DNA of 64,000 nucleotides from Chromera velia (lineage: Eukaryota), in contig JAHBMJ010000168.1 in NCBI GenBank assembly GCA_018398765.1, positions 1 to 64,000 on the forward strand. Reading direction: 5' to 3'. Within the stretch, counting starts at the first letter, position 1. Each line of letters begins with the position of its first letter. The notes under the pieces are model-generated. The model searched no databases. It was given only the letters and a program-made list of their open reading frames with translations, and was not told where the DNA came from. Below, one piece after another: positions 22,368 through 34,337 of the stretch. Position numbers and translations under genes: made by a program.

Positions 22368-23803
22368 CTCAATATCGCGTGTCTGAATCTGGTTGCCTGA
22401 ATGAATAGTGCAGGACCACTTTGTTGCCTTGATACTGCAATCAGAAGTCGAATGCTGACAGGCCGCAGGGTATAGCTGCAAGGACAACAAAAGGCTGATC
22501 GAACGTTTGATCGAATCGATTGGATCGATTGCATGATATATAGTGTGCATCGATTTTCAAGAGTGGATCGATAATATAGGTCAGTCACTTTCGATCTCAT
22601 CCAACGCTGTCTGCGTGCATGCACTTGACACAATTAAGAGCATGCAGGCCGGCAGGCCTGCATTGCGCCCGCGACGCGTGTTTCGGACGAGCCTATATAG
22701 CTAGCTCGATCGAGCTCGCGGGCGCGCATGGGAGTTACGCAGCCACGGGGGGCTCGAGTACGTGTTCCTTTGCGAGTGCCGGGGGCATAACGCCCCGGCA
22801 CAGGCAGTGTCAGGCACCAAGGGACACCGACGGTGACTGGAAGTAAATGGAAAGCCTAAGTTTTGACGCTGAACTTCTAAACTGAACCGAATGCACATTA
22901 AATTTTTATATACTTAAGTTATTACTAAAACAAAGTGTATCTTGGTGTTTTGTTAGCTGGTGCTAGCTGCTGCATGCATGGTCCCACAAAATTTGAAACA
23001 AATGAAGGCATACCAGCTGATTACCATTTGATTGTATGCAGATTCAATTTATAAAACCCCAAGTAAAACTAAGTAAAATAATAATTTAAAAGGAACAGAG
23101 ATAAGGGTTCATAAATATGTATACTTTAGAATTAGTTTGATATTTCCCTTCTAGGTTGAACAAATCCCAAACAGTGTAAGCCGACCTCCGGCAGTCGACT
23201 GCGGGCAAAACCCGGGACATCAATTTTATACTATGCTATATTATTTAGCTATATATGCGCGTGAAGATTTCGATCTCGTAAAAAACACCTCATCAAAAAG
23301 TGTGCTATCATATGATATTGCTAGTGATATTGTNNNNNNNNNNNNNNNNNNNNNNNNNNNNNNNNNNNNNNNNNNNNNNNNNNNNNNNNNNNNNNNNNNN
23401 NNNNNNNNNNNNNNNNNNNNNNNNNNNNNNNNNNNNNNNNNNNNNNNNNNNNNNNNNNNNNNNNNNNNNNNNNNNNNNNNNNNNNNNNNNNNNNNNNNNN
23501 NNNNNNNNNNNNNNNNNNNCCCCCCCCTCCCCTCCTGGCCATAATCATCATCATACATACTATTATGATTATTATTATTAATAATAATCGGTCTATTGGC
23601 CATCATGCAATGCATGATCATAAAAAAATTTATATAATATTTAACATTTTAAAAACATCATGCCATGATATCAAATTGTCGTATTGTTTACTAAAGCAAC
23701 CTAATTTTATGAAAAGTAATGAAAAGAATTTAAGCTACTAGGAACTTCAAGTTTCAACGGCTGTTTTCCGAAAAAGAACTATTTGAATTCAGTTGGATCT
23801 CGA

Positions 23804-25727
23804 TCATCCCTCATCATGTGATCTATTGCGGCTAGCACACCGGTTGATCACGGCTTCGTCTTCAACCGTCGACTGCAAACTTGCAGCGGACATCGAGGTC
23901 TCCAAGACTTCTGATTTAGAAGCCTCTTCCTGAATATAAACATCCTCCACTGCCTGTTCAGCTGGTTTTTTCTTCGAGGCAGACATAGAGTCTACAGAGG
24001 ACACAGATTTGCGCCACAAATTTCTCGAGTCTGTTTCTTTCAACTTGGACCTGTGTCCTTTCAAATCTCCATTCTTGCTCTTTGTGTCTTCCTCGGAGTT
24101 CTCTTTCGACGCCACCTCTTGTTGCTGTTGTTGCTGTCTCTGCATCGCTGCTGCTGTAGTTCCATGCAGCATGTCCATGAAGGCAAACGGAAAGCCGAAG
24201 TTGACGTTAAAGAGTCCGTGGTGCCTGCATGCGACAAACGGTCAAGAGCTTTAGATATCCTTCCCTTCCTCTGTATGACATGCGCACCCACAAAAACTCC
24301 GGGACATCCATTGGCACGCAACTGCTTAGGTAACGTTCCACAGCATTTAACACTTCATGATTGAGTCCTGGAAATCCGAAGAGTTCAGACCAATTCACCA
24401 ACATGAACACGTACGCACAGACACACACGGACCCCCCCNNNNNNNNNNNNNNNNNNNNNNNNNNNNNNNNNNNNNNNNNNNNNNNNACACATTAAAAGAT
24501 AAACATCGCTGCCACTCAACAAGACTCTTCCCGCTTCCTCCCTAGAGCGTCTCCTTCATTTCAACCTGTCATGACTGGATTCTCACTTGGCCCTCTGCAG
24601 TCGACACGCGACATTCATGTGTCAATAAACAAATACATCCTCACTCACTTGTCGTGATCCTCCGCAGTGTACAGCAGAGGCACCCCCAACCGGATACCCG
24701 AGTGGTCGATCACCCCTGTAGCCCCCATGATGACCATGTAAAGGAGGAACGACCGCACGGGCACAACACGAGGCCACCAGAAGGCAGGCCCCCAGAGGAT
24801 GAGGTAGTAGAGGACCACCTCCACAGGGTGGGCGTACAGATCGTCGAAGGGGGACGGGGCCTTGTACCTGCATGCAGCCTCACAAACAGGCAGACACAGT
24901 CACTTATTTAGTCACTTACTTTCGGAAAGGAGGAGACAGGGAAAACAGCAGAAGAGCAGGCAGAAATCGGAAGGAGAGAAAAGAAGGGAGAAAGCAAAAA
25001 GAAAAGCAAGGAAGACAGACAGGAGCGGACGAGGAAAGAAAAGCGAAGAAGCATGCATGAAAGAGGGGAGCAAAATGTGTCGTCTTCTCCTCGTCTCTTG
25101 AGTATTCAGCGGGGAGGTCACGATAGAGGAAACGGATCAACAAGAGAGAAGCCACAGTTTTTTTGCATTTCCTTCACCACACCGATCGATGCACAGACCC
25201 ATGCACGTACCTGTGGTGGAGTTTGTGGAAGTTTCTATACATAAAGGGCAGATGGAATATCCGATGGAAGTAGTACTCTCCTGCCGTCTCGTAGATGCAC
25301 ATCACAAACGTCACGAGGAACACCTGGAGAAGGTCCACCCAGAAGTCCTTCACAGGGGGTGAGTAGAGAGATCCGAGTTCCCTGATGTTCAACTGCAAGG
25401 AGGCATGAAGAAGATACGGAAAAGACGGGGTGGGGGGGGAGATGCGGACGTAGAGGGGTGCGAGGGAGAAAGAAAGAAAGCAATGAATGAATGAATAAAT
25501 GAATGAGTGAATGAATGAATGAATGAATGACAGGGAGACAAACTGAGCTCCGAGCTTGTCATTCAGTGAGAAATGGAACGTCAGTCGCAGTCAACCCAGT
25601 AGGTAGCCAGTCGGTTCTATTTTCTGGGCTTCACAAAATGTCTTCGCGTCAATCAGCTCCCGAATGACGCAGCATTTTCTCCCTCTCTCCCTGTGTATTT
25701 GTCTGTTTCTCTTTCTCTTTCTCCTTT

Positions 25728-25795
<68 letters not shown>

Positions 25796-26274
25796 TTTTA
25801 ACGACACCACGTCTCTTCCGGCAGGGTTTCCATCCTGACCGAGCAGATCAAGATGATTGAGCACTCTCGAGCTAAGTCTCATCGTTCTTGCATGCTGGCC
25901 GTGCGTGTTTTGGACGGCTGCAGCTTGCTTTCTTTCTCTTTTTCTTCCTTCCCACTTCCCCTTTCAAAAAGAACAAAGCGTATTTCCCTGCTCATCGACA
26001 CACCTCAGTCACAAAGGCAGCAAATGAAGCTGCAACTGCGAGATTTGTGGTGCAGATGAGGGCGTGGAAGGGTTGCACTCCTGGTTTTCTCCTGAAGAGG
26101 GGCACCCAGTTGTGAGCAGCCAGCTTCACATTGTCTGTTCTCTTCGGCTGCAGCTTCCACGTCTCCAACTGGGCCTTCCCAGTCAGGGCCCTCTCATAAA
26201 AGTACCACTGCAAGCAGACAACAAAGCCGCAAGTGGCAAGCCAATTATCCGCTGATGCAAAGATGAAGCAGAAT

Positions 26275-26329
<55 letters not shown>

Positions 26330-26400
26330 CGCACACGCACACGCACACGCACACGCACACACACGCACACGCACACACACCCACACACACACACACACAC

Positions 26401-26453
<53 letters not shown>

Positions 26454-26756
26454 AACAGACACACAGATACACACACAAAATACACACAAACAGATCGACT
26501 CACAGATACACACACACACACAAAGAGGGATGAGCAAGAGCACAAGGAGGGAGAAGGAGAGAAAGAGAGAGGTGTTTTGCCAGAGAGGAACACCCGAAGA
26601 CGAGAGACGGCAATTCAGGTCTTTGATTGTCTACTGGCTTGCCTTTAGAACAAGATTCAGAGACACGTAGCCGAAGATCATGAATGCAGCAGCCCCAATG
26701 GACTCTCTGTGCAGGCTGCATACGGAAGCAATAATTCTCTCCACCGTCTGCATCAT
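23804..26756 (-). CDS. Fatty-acid-hydroxylase superfamily sterol desaturase (ERG3/ERG25-like)
   Basis: Phase-consistent exons 26756-26643, 26207-26004, 25392-25211, 24867-24649 and 24224-23804; the first intron has a GC donor. His boxes HRIFH, HKLHH, DHSG and HDKHH, followed by NVNFG...MDMLHGT. Confidence 0.88.
26275..26522. repeat. Intronic (CA)n(GA)n microsatellite
   Basis: Directly visible, in intron 1 of the desaturase. Confidence 0.9.
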
Positions 26757-27667
26757 TGTTCTTCATGCAGTCCTCCATGTATCCTCGAATTTCGTCCGAG
26801 AGGAAGGAGGAGACGGCAGCGTTTATGGCTGTCTCTCCAACGAAGTTGAAAAAAACCCCACTGGACGATCTGAAAGGTCCCCATGTATGCCTGATTCATC
26901 CTGACAATACGTTCTGTTAAGGGGCGTTCCGACGTACTCCTGCGTGCAGCAGGTAGGCGACACGATTCAACTGCTGACTGACAGATAGCTCGGCCAATGC
27001 TCGGCCATGCTCCGTGCAGATGCAGCTTTAGCTCGGCCGTCGACCAACGCACGCAAATAAAATTTGCACACGTGGATTTTGATCGCCCACCCACTGAAGT
27101 TACGCGTCTCCTCAAATGCTTCCGTTTCCCCGCTCAAAAAGCTGAAGCTGCAGCCCTGTGTCAAATTCAACTTGGAGGAGATTTTCCAGTTGGGTATCAG
27201 GAACTCCTTGAACTGTGAAAGCGTGCGGGGCCAGCGTGAGCTCCCAGAGGTAAAAAGGCAGCTGTTTTTCATTTTTTTACCCTCAAGCCGCACGAAGACG
27301 CGAGCTTGTGCAGATAGATCTTCGTAGGCATTCGAGGGGTGGAAGAGGCTTGTCGTGGACACACTGCAGCCTCCTCAGCTGAGCGTGGGTCTTTCAAACT
27401 GCACTTGTTTCAAGCGGCGGTTCCGATCGCAGAGTGCCTGTTTTGTTTGGTTGAATGAAGTGCTGTCTTGTCGTCGGCCCTTTCGAGATCCTTGTCTCCA
27501 CTCCGCAGTCTTGTCAACCTTCGTGGGTCTCCGAGTTTTCCTCTCTGCATCGGAAGCTTTATCAGGAGGAGAAGGCTGAAGTATAGCACATCTTTTGTAG
27601 GCGTTTCCGGCTCGGCACGTCACCCAGGAGTTTCTTTTCTGAAGGCCAAACGACCGACTCGGGCCGG

Positions 27668-29634
27668 ATGCACTACAGCTCGGCAAGAGGTACGCACCTG
27701 TAAGATGAACTCAGTGAACTGCCGCGATGATCCACTTCATTCAACAATGAGGATGTGCTACTGTCGGCTTTGAGTCCTTGTGTAACCGTCTGATTTTTGC
27801 GTGCGCAGTAGAGTGGGAGGGAGGGAATGTCAGTGCGTTAAAATCTCCTACTCGTCGACTGACAGTTCTCTCCCTCTATGATCCTGTCCTCCTGGTTGCA
27901 GGCGCGAGAACTCGCACGGCCTCCTCCCGATCTCCTGGACCGAACAGCAGGTGTGTCGCGATGAAGAGACTCTTCTTGTCTTTCCTTGCCTCGAATGCCC
28001 TACTAATTTCTCTCCTCGATCACTTCTTCGATCCATCCCTCTAGTAGCGGACACTCACGCACCCTCGTTGGTACCCTGCCTTGTTTGATGTGTTTCTCCT
28101 TCATGGGAGCTCAGGCCGCCAGGTGAACTTCCCTGAGAGCTCTTTCTACACTGATGTGTTCATATGGATTCCTTTTTGTCTCTTTCTGCAGGAATGTGTC
28201 GGCCAACACTGGGGGGAATTTCGGGTTTGGAGGTCGGTCTTCTGTTCTTTTCTTTTCTTTTCTTTTCTTTTCTTCGGCTTCCTTCTTTATGTTTCGTCCT
28301 TCCTGTGCATGCTGGTGCGTATGCCGTTCGCCTGCGTTGTCCCCCCCAAAGGCATCACTTGTCCCCCTTTTTTTGTGTGGTAGTCTGTTTCTTCTCTCCC
28401 TTTTCCATTTCTTTTCTTCTTCTCTCCGCGCTCTGTCCATTTGTCTTTTCGCACCGGTGCCCATCCATCCATCCGTCCATCCTTCGTTTCTTCCATTCAT
28501 CACTTTCTGAATTCCTTCCCTCCCTTCCCGCTGTTCGGCTTTCCTGCACCCCTTTTGCCTCTATGATTCTGACCGTGCGTCTTTGTTCCCGAAGGATGGC
28601 TGCATGCTTCTCTTGACTGACTTCCCTGCCCCCCTTTCTCTGCAGCCCCTCAAGGACAACAACAGCAGAGGGGGAACAATGGGACTTTCAGCACACCGAC
28701 ACGAAACAATACAACAGGAAATTCGATCTTTGGAGGTCAGTCAGTTGCTGTTCCTCTCACCTCAGGCTTCACAGTTCCTTCCTTCTCTCTTGCTGGTTCC
28801 TTTTTGCTTCCCCGTCCTCCCAGCCCGAGCATACTCCACAAATGTCGTCTTGCACCAAACCTTCATTTTTCGTATCACTGCTGAGAGACCCCTGACGCAC
28901 AGTGCTGTCAATCCCTCTTTCGTGTCTCTGCGGCTGTCTACTCGGCTGCCTCTGTGAACGATGGTTTTCCTTCCGCAGAAGGAACAAAAGATTCCCCATG
29001 TGTATGAGCCGATGCATGCAGGTGCGACAGGTTTTGGGGGTGGGGGCGGTGGGAACAGGATGGCTGCCTCTGCTGCCCCTGTTTTCGGCCGGGGGCAGAC
29101 AGGGGAACACGGGGGGTTTGGGGGAAGCAGGGAGGTGAACAGACAGCCTCAAACTCACACTCACACTCAGCAGCAGCAGCAGCAGCAGCAGCAGATCGGA
29201 ACCCAGCTGGCGTTCCGGGTGCAGAAAATCAGTGAGATCGTGAATGACAAAGGGCTCATAATGAGTCTGGCTGGCATGAGGGAGTACGAAAATAAGGTCA
29301 GAGAGAAAAGTCTGAAGGGTGGGGGTGTCTGGTGGCAAGTTGACTTGATTGCTCACTCACTCTGTGCGATAAGATCACTGATAGACTGGCGCTGGTGCGT
29401 CGACTTTTTGCACAATTGTTGCTCCTGCTCTTTGTTGGCCTCTCTCTGTTGCTTAGATATATTGGGAAAGGAGGACAAGCGGAAGCACCAAGCTATGTGA
29501 CAGGCCTGACTGACATGGAGGTCCAGGAGAAAAATCCCCTTACTTCTCTTTTTTGCTCTGTTGGATTTTGTGAGGGCACAGCTGCTCTTCTTGACTAGCC
29601 CCTCATTTCTGCTCATGTGCCTTGCCTCGTGTTC

Positions 29635-29705
<71 letters not shown>

Positions 29706-32700
29706 TGTGTGTGTGTGAGAGAGAGAGATTAAGCGTGTGCATGCGTTTGTGTGCAGACTTTCGAGGAGTTGAGATGGGAAGATCTACAGGCAGGGAGGAG
29801 GGGGCCAGGGGCGCTGTCGGCACCTGTGGGTGCGCCTTCCTTCGGAGGGGGGGCGGCGGCGTCAAGTGGGGGCACGGTGTTTGGGGGAGGGGGGGCAGGG
29901 CAGCCTGGGCAGGGACAGGGTGGCATTTTTGGTTCTTCCGGAGGGGCAGGTCTTTTTGGACAGGGTGGCGCGGCAGCTTCTGGAGGTGGGTGGTCCATTC
30001 AACAAGTCTGTCTTTTCTGCCCTTCTGCCTCCCGGCCTCTCTGCATCTGCCGGCCGCATGTCTGTCAGGAGAGGAAATGGAGTTTTGTGAGGGAGGCAAA
30101 GGAGAGATACGCAAAAAGTAGCCATAGAGACTGCCTCTTTGTCTGTATGTCGGGAGACCTCGAAAAGAAAGGGGATGTTTATGGGTCATGGATGAGCAAC
30201 CTGAACGGAAACGTGTTAGAACGGTTCAATCGTCCTGTATCAAGACGTTCCTCTATACGCGTGCTCCGCTCTCTCTGATCTCATGAGAAAGTAAGAAGAG
30301 AGAGAAAAGAAAAAAAAGAGGCGGAAAACAAAGTTTGAATTGTCTTTGCTCTGTTCGGTGGCTCTTTATGTGTCTGTCAGTCTGTAGGCCGCCGTGTCTC
30401 GCGCATTATCTGCCTTGCTTCGTCGATTGTGAGGGAAGGCTTGTTCTAAACAGTTTCCTCTAGTCTTCTCTGATGCTTCTGCCTGCTGGTCTGTCCCCTT
30501 CATCTGCTTGCGCTCGGGTCGCCTGCACAGAGAGGCTGCGAGCCCTGGGTTGGCATGTGGTGGAAGAGAAAGAAAAAGGCTCTGTGAGAAGCAGAGAGAG
30601 CACTGCTTTGCAAAATGTAGGCGTGAACAGAGGCGACACTGTGTATCGACATCCACTTTTCCCCTGTGTCTCCATCGTTTGCAGCCCCGCAAGCGCAAGC
30701 GCAAACGGGCGGACTGTTCGGTCAGCAGCAACCGCAACCCCAGCAGCAGCAGCAGCAATCATTTGGTGCTTTTGGGCAGCAGGCCCAACCTTCTCAAGCG
30801 CAGCCGCCGACTTCGGGTCTGTTCGGCCAACAACAGCCGCAGGGAGGGGGGGCATTTGGCCAGCAGTCGCAGCAGGGACAGGCAGCAGGTGGGGGGGGTC
30901 TTTTTGGTCAGCAGACGCAGCCGAATGCCGCCGCCACACAGGGGCAAGCGACGGGTCTGTTCGGCCAACCTCAGCAGACGAATGCCGCTCAGGGGCAATC
31001 TGCCGCTCCCTTCGGTCAGTCTCAGCCGAACCCGGCCACACAGGGACAAGCGACAGGTTTGTTCGGTCAGCCAGCGGCGCAGGCTCAGACAGGGGGGGCG
31101 TTTGGGCAGCAGCAACCAGCTCAAGCTCAGACAGGAGGCTTATTTGGGCAGACCCAGCAGCAGCAGCAGCAGCAGCCGGCACAGGCACAACCTGCAGGTT
31201 TGTTTGGACAGACCCAGCAGCAACAGCAGCCAGCGGCGCAGGCTCAGACAGGAGGGGCGTTCGGACAGACCCAGCAACAGCAGCCGGCGGCGCAGGCGCA
31301 AACTGGAGGCTTATTTGGGCAGACCCAGCAGCAACAGCAGCAGCAGCAGCAGCAGCCGGCACAGGCACAACCTGCAGGTTTGTTTGGACAGACCCAGCAG
31401 CAACAGCAGCCAGCGGCGCAGGCTCAGACAGGGGGGGCGTTCGGACAGACCCAGCAACAGCAACAGCAGCCAGCGGCGCAGGCGCAAACTGGAGGCTTAT
31501 TTGGGCAGACCCAGCAGCAACAGCAGCAGCAGCAGCCAGCGGCGCAGGCGCAGACGGCAGCAACATTTGGCCAAGGGAGTGCCCAGCCGACACAGGGTGC
31601 CAGCGTTGGGGGGGGGAATCTCTTCGGAGGAGGGGCCTCCACAGCTTCTCCCGCCCCTGCGACCGGTCAGGCGAGCGGAGAAACCCCAGGGGCCTCCTCA
31701 GCTCTTCAGCAGAACCCCCAGCAGCAGCAGCAGAATGTAGCACAAACACCCTCTCAACCGACAGAGCTCAAACGTCATTCCTGTTGGTATCTCCTGCACC
31801 ACTCCCCTTCAGATGGACGGGGATCACCCCCGATGTCCCCTCCTGAGCCGTCGCCCCCACCCCGCCCACCTAAACCGGCACCCCTGTTTCAAGACTGCGA
31901 ACTGATAGGTGCAGGCCACCCAGGCGCAACGCGTCCCTCTGCCTACTCTGAACGGACTCGCGAAAAGAGTTCTTTCCATAACTTCCCAAATTTCGGGACT
32001 CCCGGGACTTCTTTCGACACTCGGGGCCCGCATGGGGTATCTTTCATGAAGGGGGCCCAAGCAGACAACCGTCTCAGCAGCAGGTCGGCAGGCGGCCCCC
32101 CTCCTTCAAAGGCTGCAGCTGCAAATTTGCCTTTCGGGTCCTCCTACCAGACTCCCAATCTAGGCCAAGAGACCGGTGCCCCCTACAGCACCCTGGGGGG
32201 TCAGGAGAACGTCCCTCCTCCTACGCAGGGCCTCCAGTCGCTTGGCCTTGACCTGAGTCAGTCCTGTCACGCAGCCGCTGCGAGGGAGCGAGAGAGGGAA
32301 AGAGAAAAGGACAAAAGACAAATGGAGAAGGAGAAGGTGGTGCAAAGACAGGGTGGTGCCTCCTCATCATCCAATGCCGAGAGCTCCACGAAAGAGGGAA
32401 GCTCTATGTATCCATCCCTCCAGTCATCTTTCTCCTCCACCATCCCTCTGGGCCCCCCCGGGGTATCTGAGTCCTCTCCGAGTGCCCCTGCGTCGTCGGC
32501 CTCCTCTCCTGTGCCGGGGTCCCTCGACCTGCCTCCCTGGGCCCCGAAGCTCACAAAGGAAGGAGTGAAGACTAGTCCCGGAATCGCCACACTTCAGGCC
32601 TTCTCGAAACAGCAAATTCGTCGCGTTGCAGACTTCCAGATTTCGAAGGATGGGTACGGTTCGATCCTCTGGCCGGGAATGACTGACCTTGAAGGTGTCG

Positions 32701-32838
32701 ATCTGGACGCCTGCGTGCAGTTCCAGAATGGCTGTGTGTCCGTGTACGAAGATCAGGTTGAAGGGAAGGACAAACCTCCACGAGGAACAAAACTGAACAA
32801 GAGGGCCAGAATCACAGTGCTTTGCGCGTAAGTCCTTT

Positions 32839-32870
<32 letters not shown>

Positions 32871-34288
32871 TGTTTCTTTCTTTCTCGCTTGAACAGTCCC
32901 TTGTTGCCTCCCTGCGCGTCTTTCCTGTTTGTTCCCTTCATTCTGTTTGTCATTAGTCTTGTTTTCGTTTTCCTGTGGTGCGGTTTCGAGAAAGTGATTT
33001 TTTTTTTGTTTCGTCGCGTCGGGCTTTTGCCCTTGTGTTCCTCTGTCCGTATTTTTGTGTCTGGGTATGTGGGTCTGTCTGTCTGTCAGGGTTTTTTTCA
33101 TCTCACAGGATTTTCTCCGGGATTGTTCTCTTATTCATCGTGCTGTTAACCCTCTCTCTCTCCCTGCAGCCCCCCTCCTTCCTTCGTCAAGCGGGCGAAG
33201 GGGCGGGAGGAGGTTCTTTTCCAAATCTGGGAGGAGAAGCTCCGAGAAGTGAGCGCGAAGCAAAACGCCCAATTTGACAGCCTGAGGGTGAAGACTGTTG
33301 CAGGGGAGCTCGAGTGGAGGTGGGAGTTCTACGTCGAGCACTTCACAAAGTATGGGTTGGAGCTGGACCGGGACTTTGTGAGTCAATCTGCTTCTTTCTG
33401 TTTGCTCGCCCTATCTGTCTGTCTGTTGGTTGAAGGAAATGAAAGAAACGGAAAGGACACACACTCTTCTCGCCCTTCTTCAAAGAGATCTCAAAGTTAC
33501 GAGTACGTGCTTCATGGACTCACATGCGTGCATTCGTGTGTGTGTGCACGCTCATGCAAGTCGCGTTCAAAGATCCAGAGCGCTGCCTGTCTGTTTGTCT
33601 GTCAAGCCCTTCATTCAACAAAAGAGAGAGAGAGAGCCAAAGAATCAGTAAGAAAGAAAGAAAGAAAGCAAAAAAGCAAGCAAGCAAGCGTGGATGATGT
33701 GTTGTAACAAGGCAAGACAGGATAAGTGAGAGCACTCAAGCGCGGTTGCTTTCTGCATCGGCAAGAAGGAAAGTCAAACGAGGACATGAATGCAGCCGGT
33801 CTTCACATCAACCAGGTATTTATGTGGTGTTCATATCTTTTTCTCGTCGCTGAAGATTGTCGGCTCAGTCTCTGTATGTGTCTATGCATCTTATCCTCTC
33901 TCGCTGGTGTGTTCTCTTCTTTTTTTTTTTCGAGCGGAACAGGCGGAAGAGGATGCTGGCAATGCCCCTTCGCTGCCATATCAGGCGGGAAGGATTGTGG
34001 CTTCTTCTCCGGTACCTGAATCTAGAAGGAGAGAGAGCGTCGACCCGGTCTGTCAGGCTCCCCCCTCCCAGCTTTCTTTCCCTTTCCCTTTCCTCTATTA
34101 TATATGCCTGGGGCGACCTGACACGTGTACGGTGATTCTTTCTTGCCTTCTTTTTTTTTTCCTGGCCTGATCTTCAGGATGGCTGAGGGGGTTCAACAAA
34201 GATTGACGGGGGCGGGAGGAGAACTGTGGCAGAATCTGGGCGGCTTCGATTAATTCTTTGCTTTGGTGATGACCTCCACTCTCATATA

Positions 34289-34337
<49 letters not shown>

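Noticed and set aside
22368..22550. N-terminal 61 codons of the 511-aa ORF
   Set aside because: They look like 5' UTR. ATG 22367, just before the first hydrophobic segment, is the more plausible start, though unproven.
31070..31560. Regularly spaced repeats resembling a CRISPR array
   Set aside because: They are in-frame GLFG/polyQ coding repeats of Nup98 without unique spacers, in a eukaryotic context with no cas genes.
30460..31846. Long alternative-frame and antisense ORFs over Nup98
   Set aside because: Shadows of a repetitive GC-rich coding region.
30666..32831. Genome-wide reassignment of TAG to Gln as the explanation for the internal TAGs
   Set aside because: This very Gln-rich Nup98 exon uses only CAG/CAA with no in-frame TAG. 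A true reassignment should show many.
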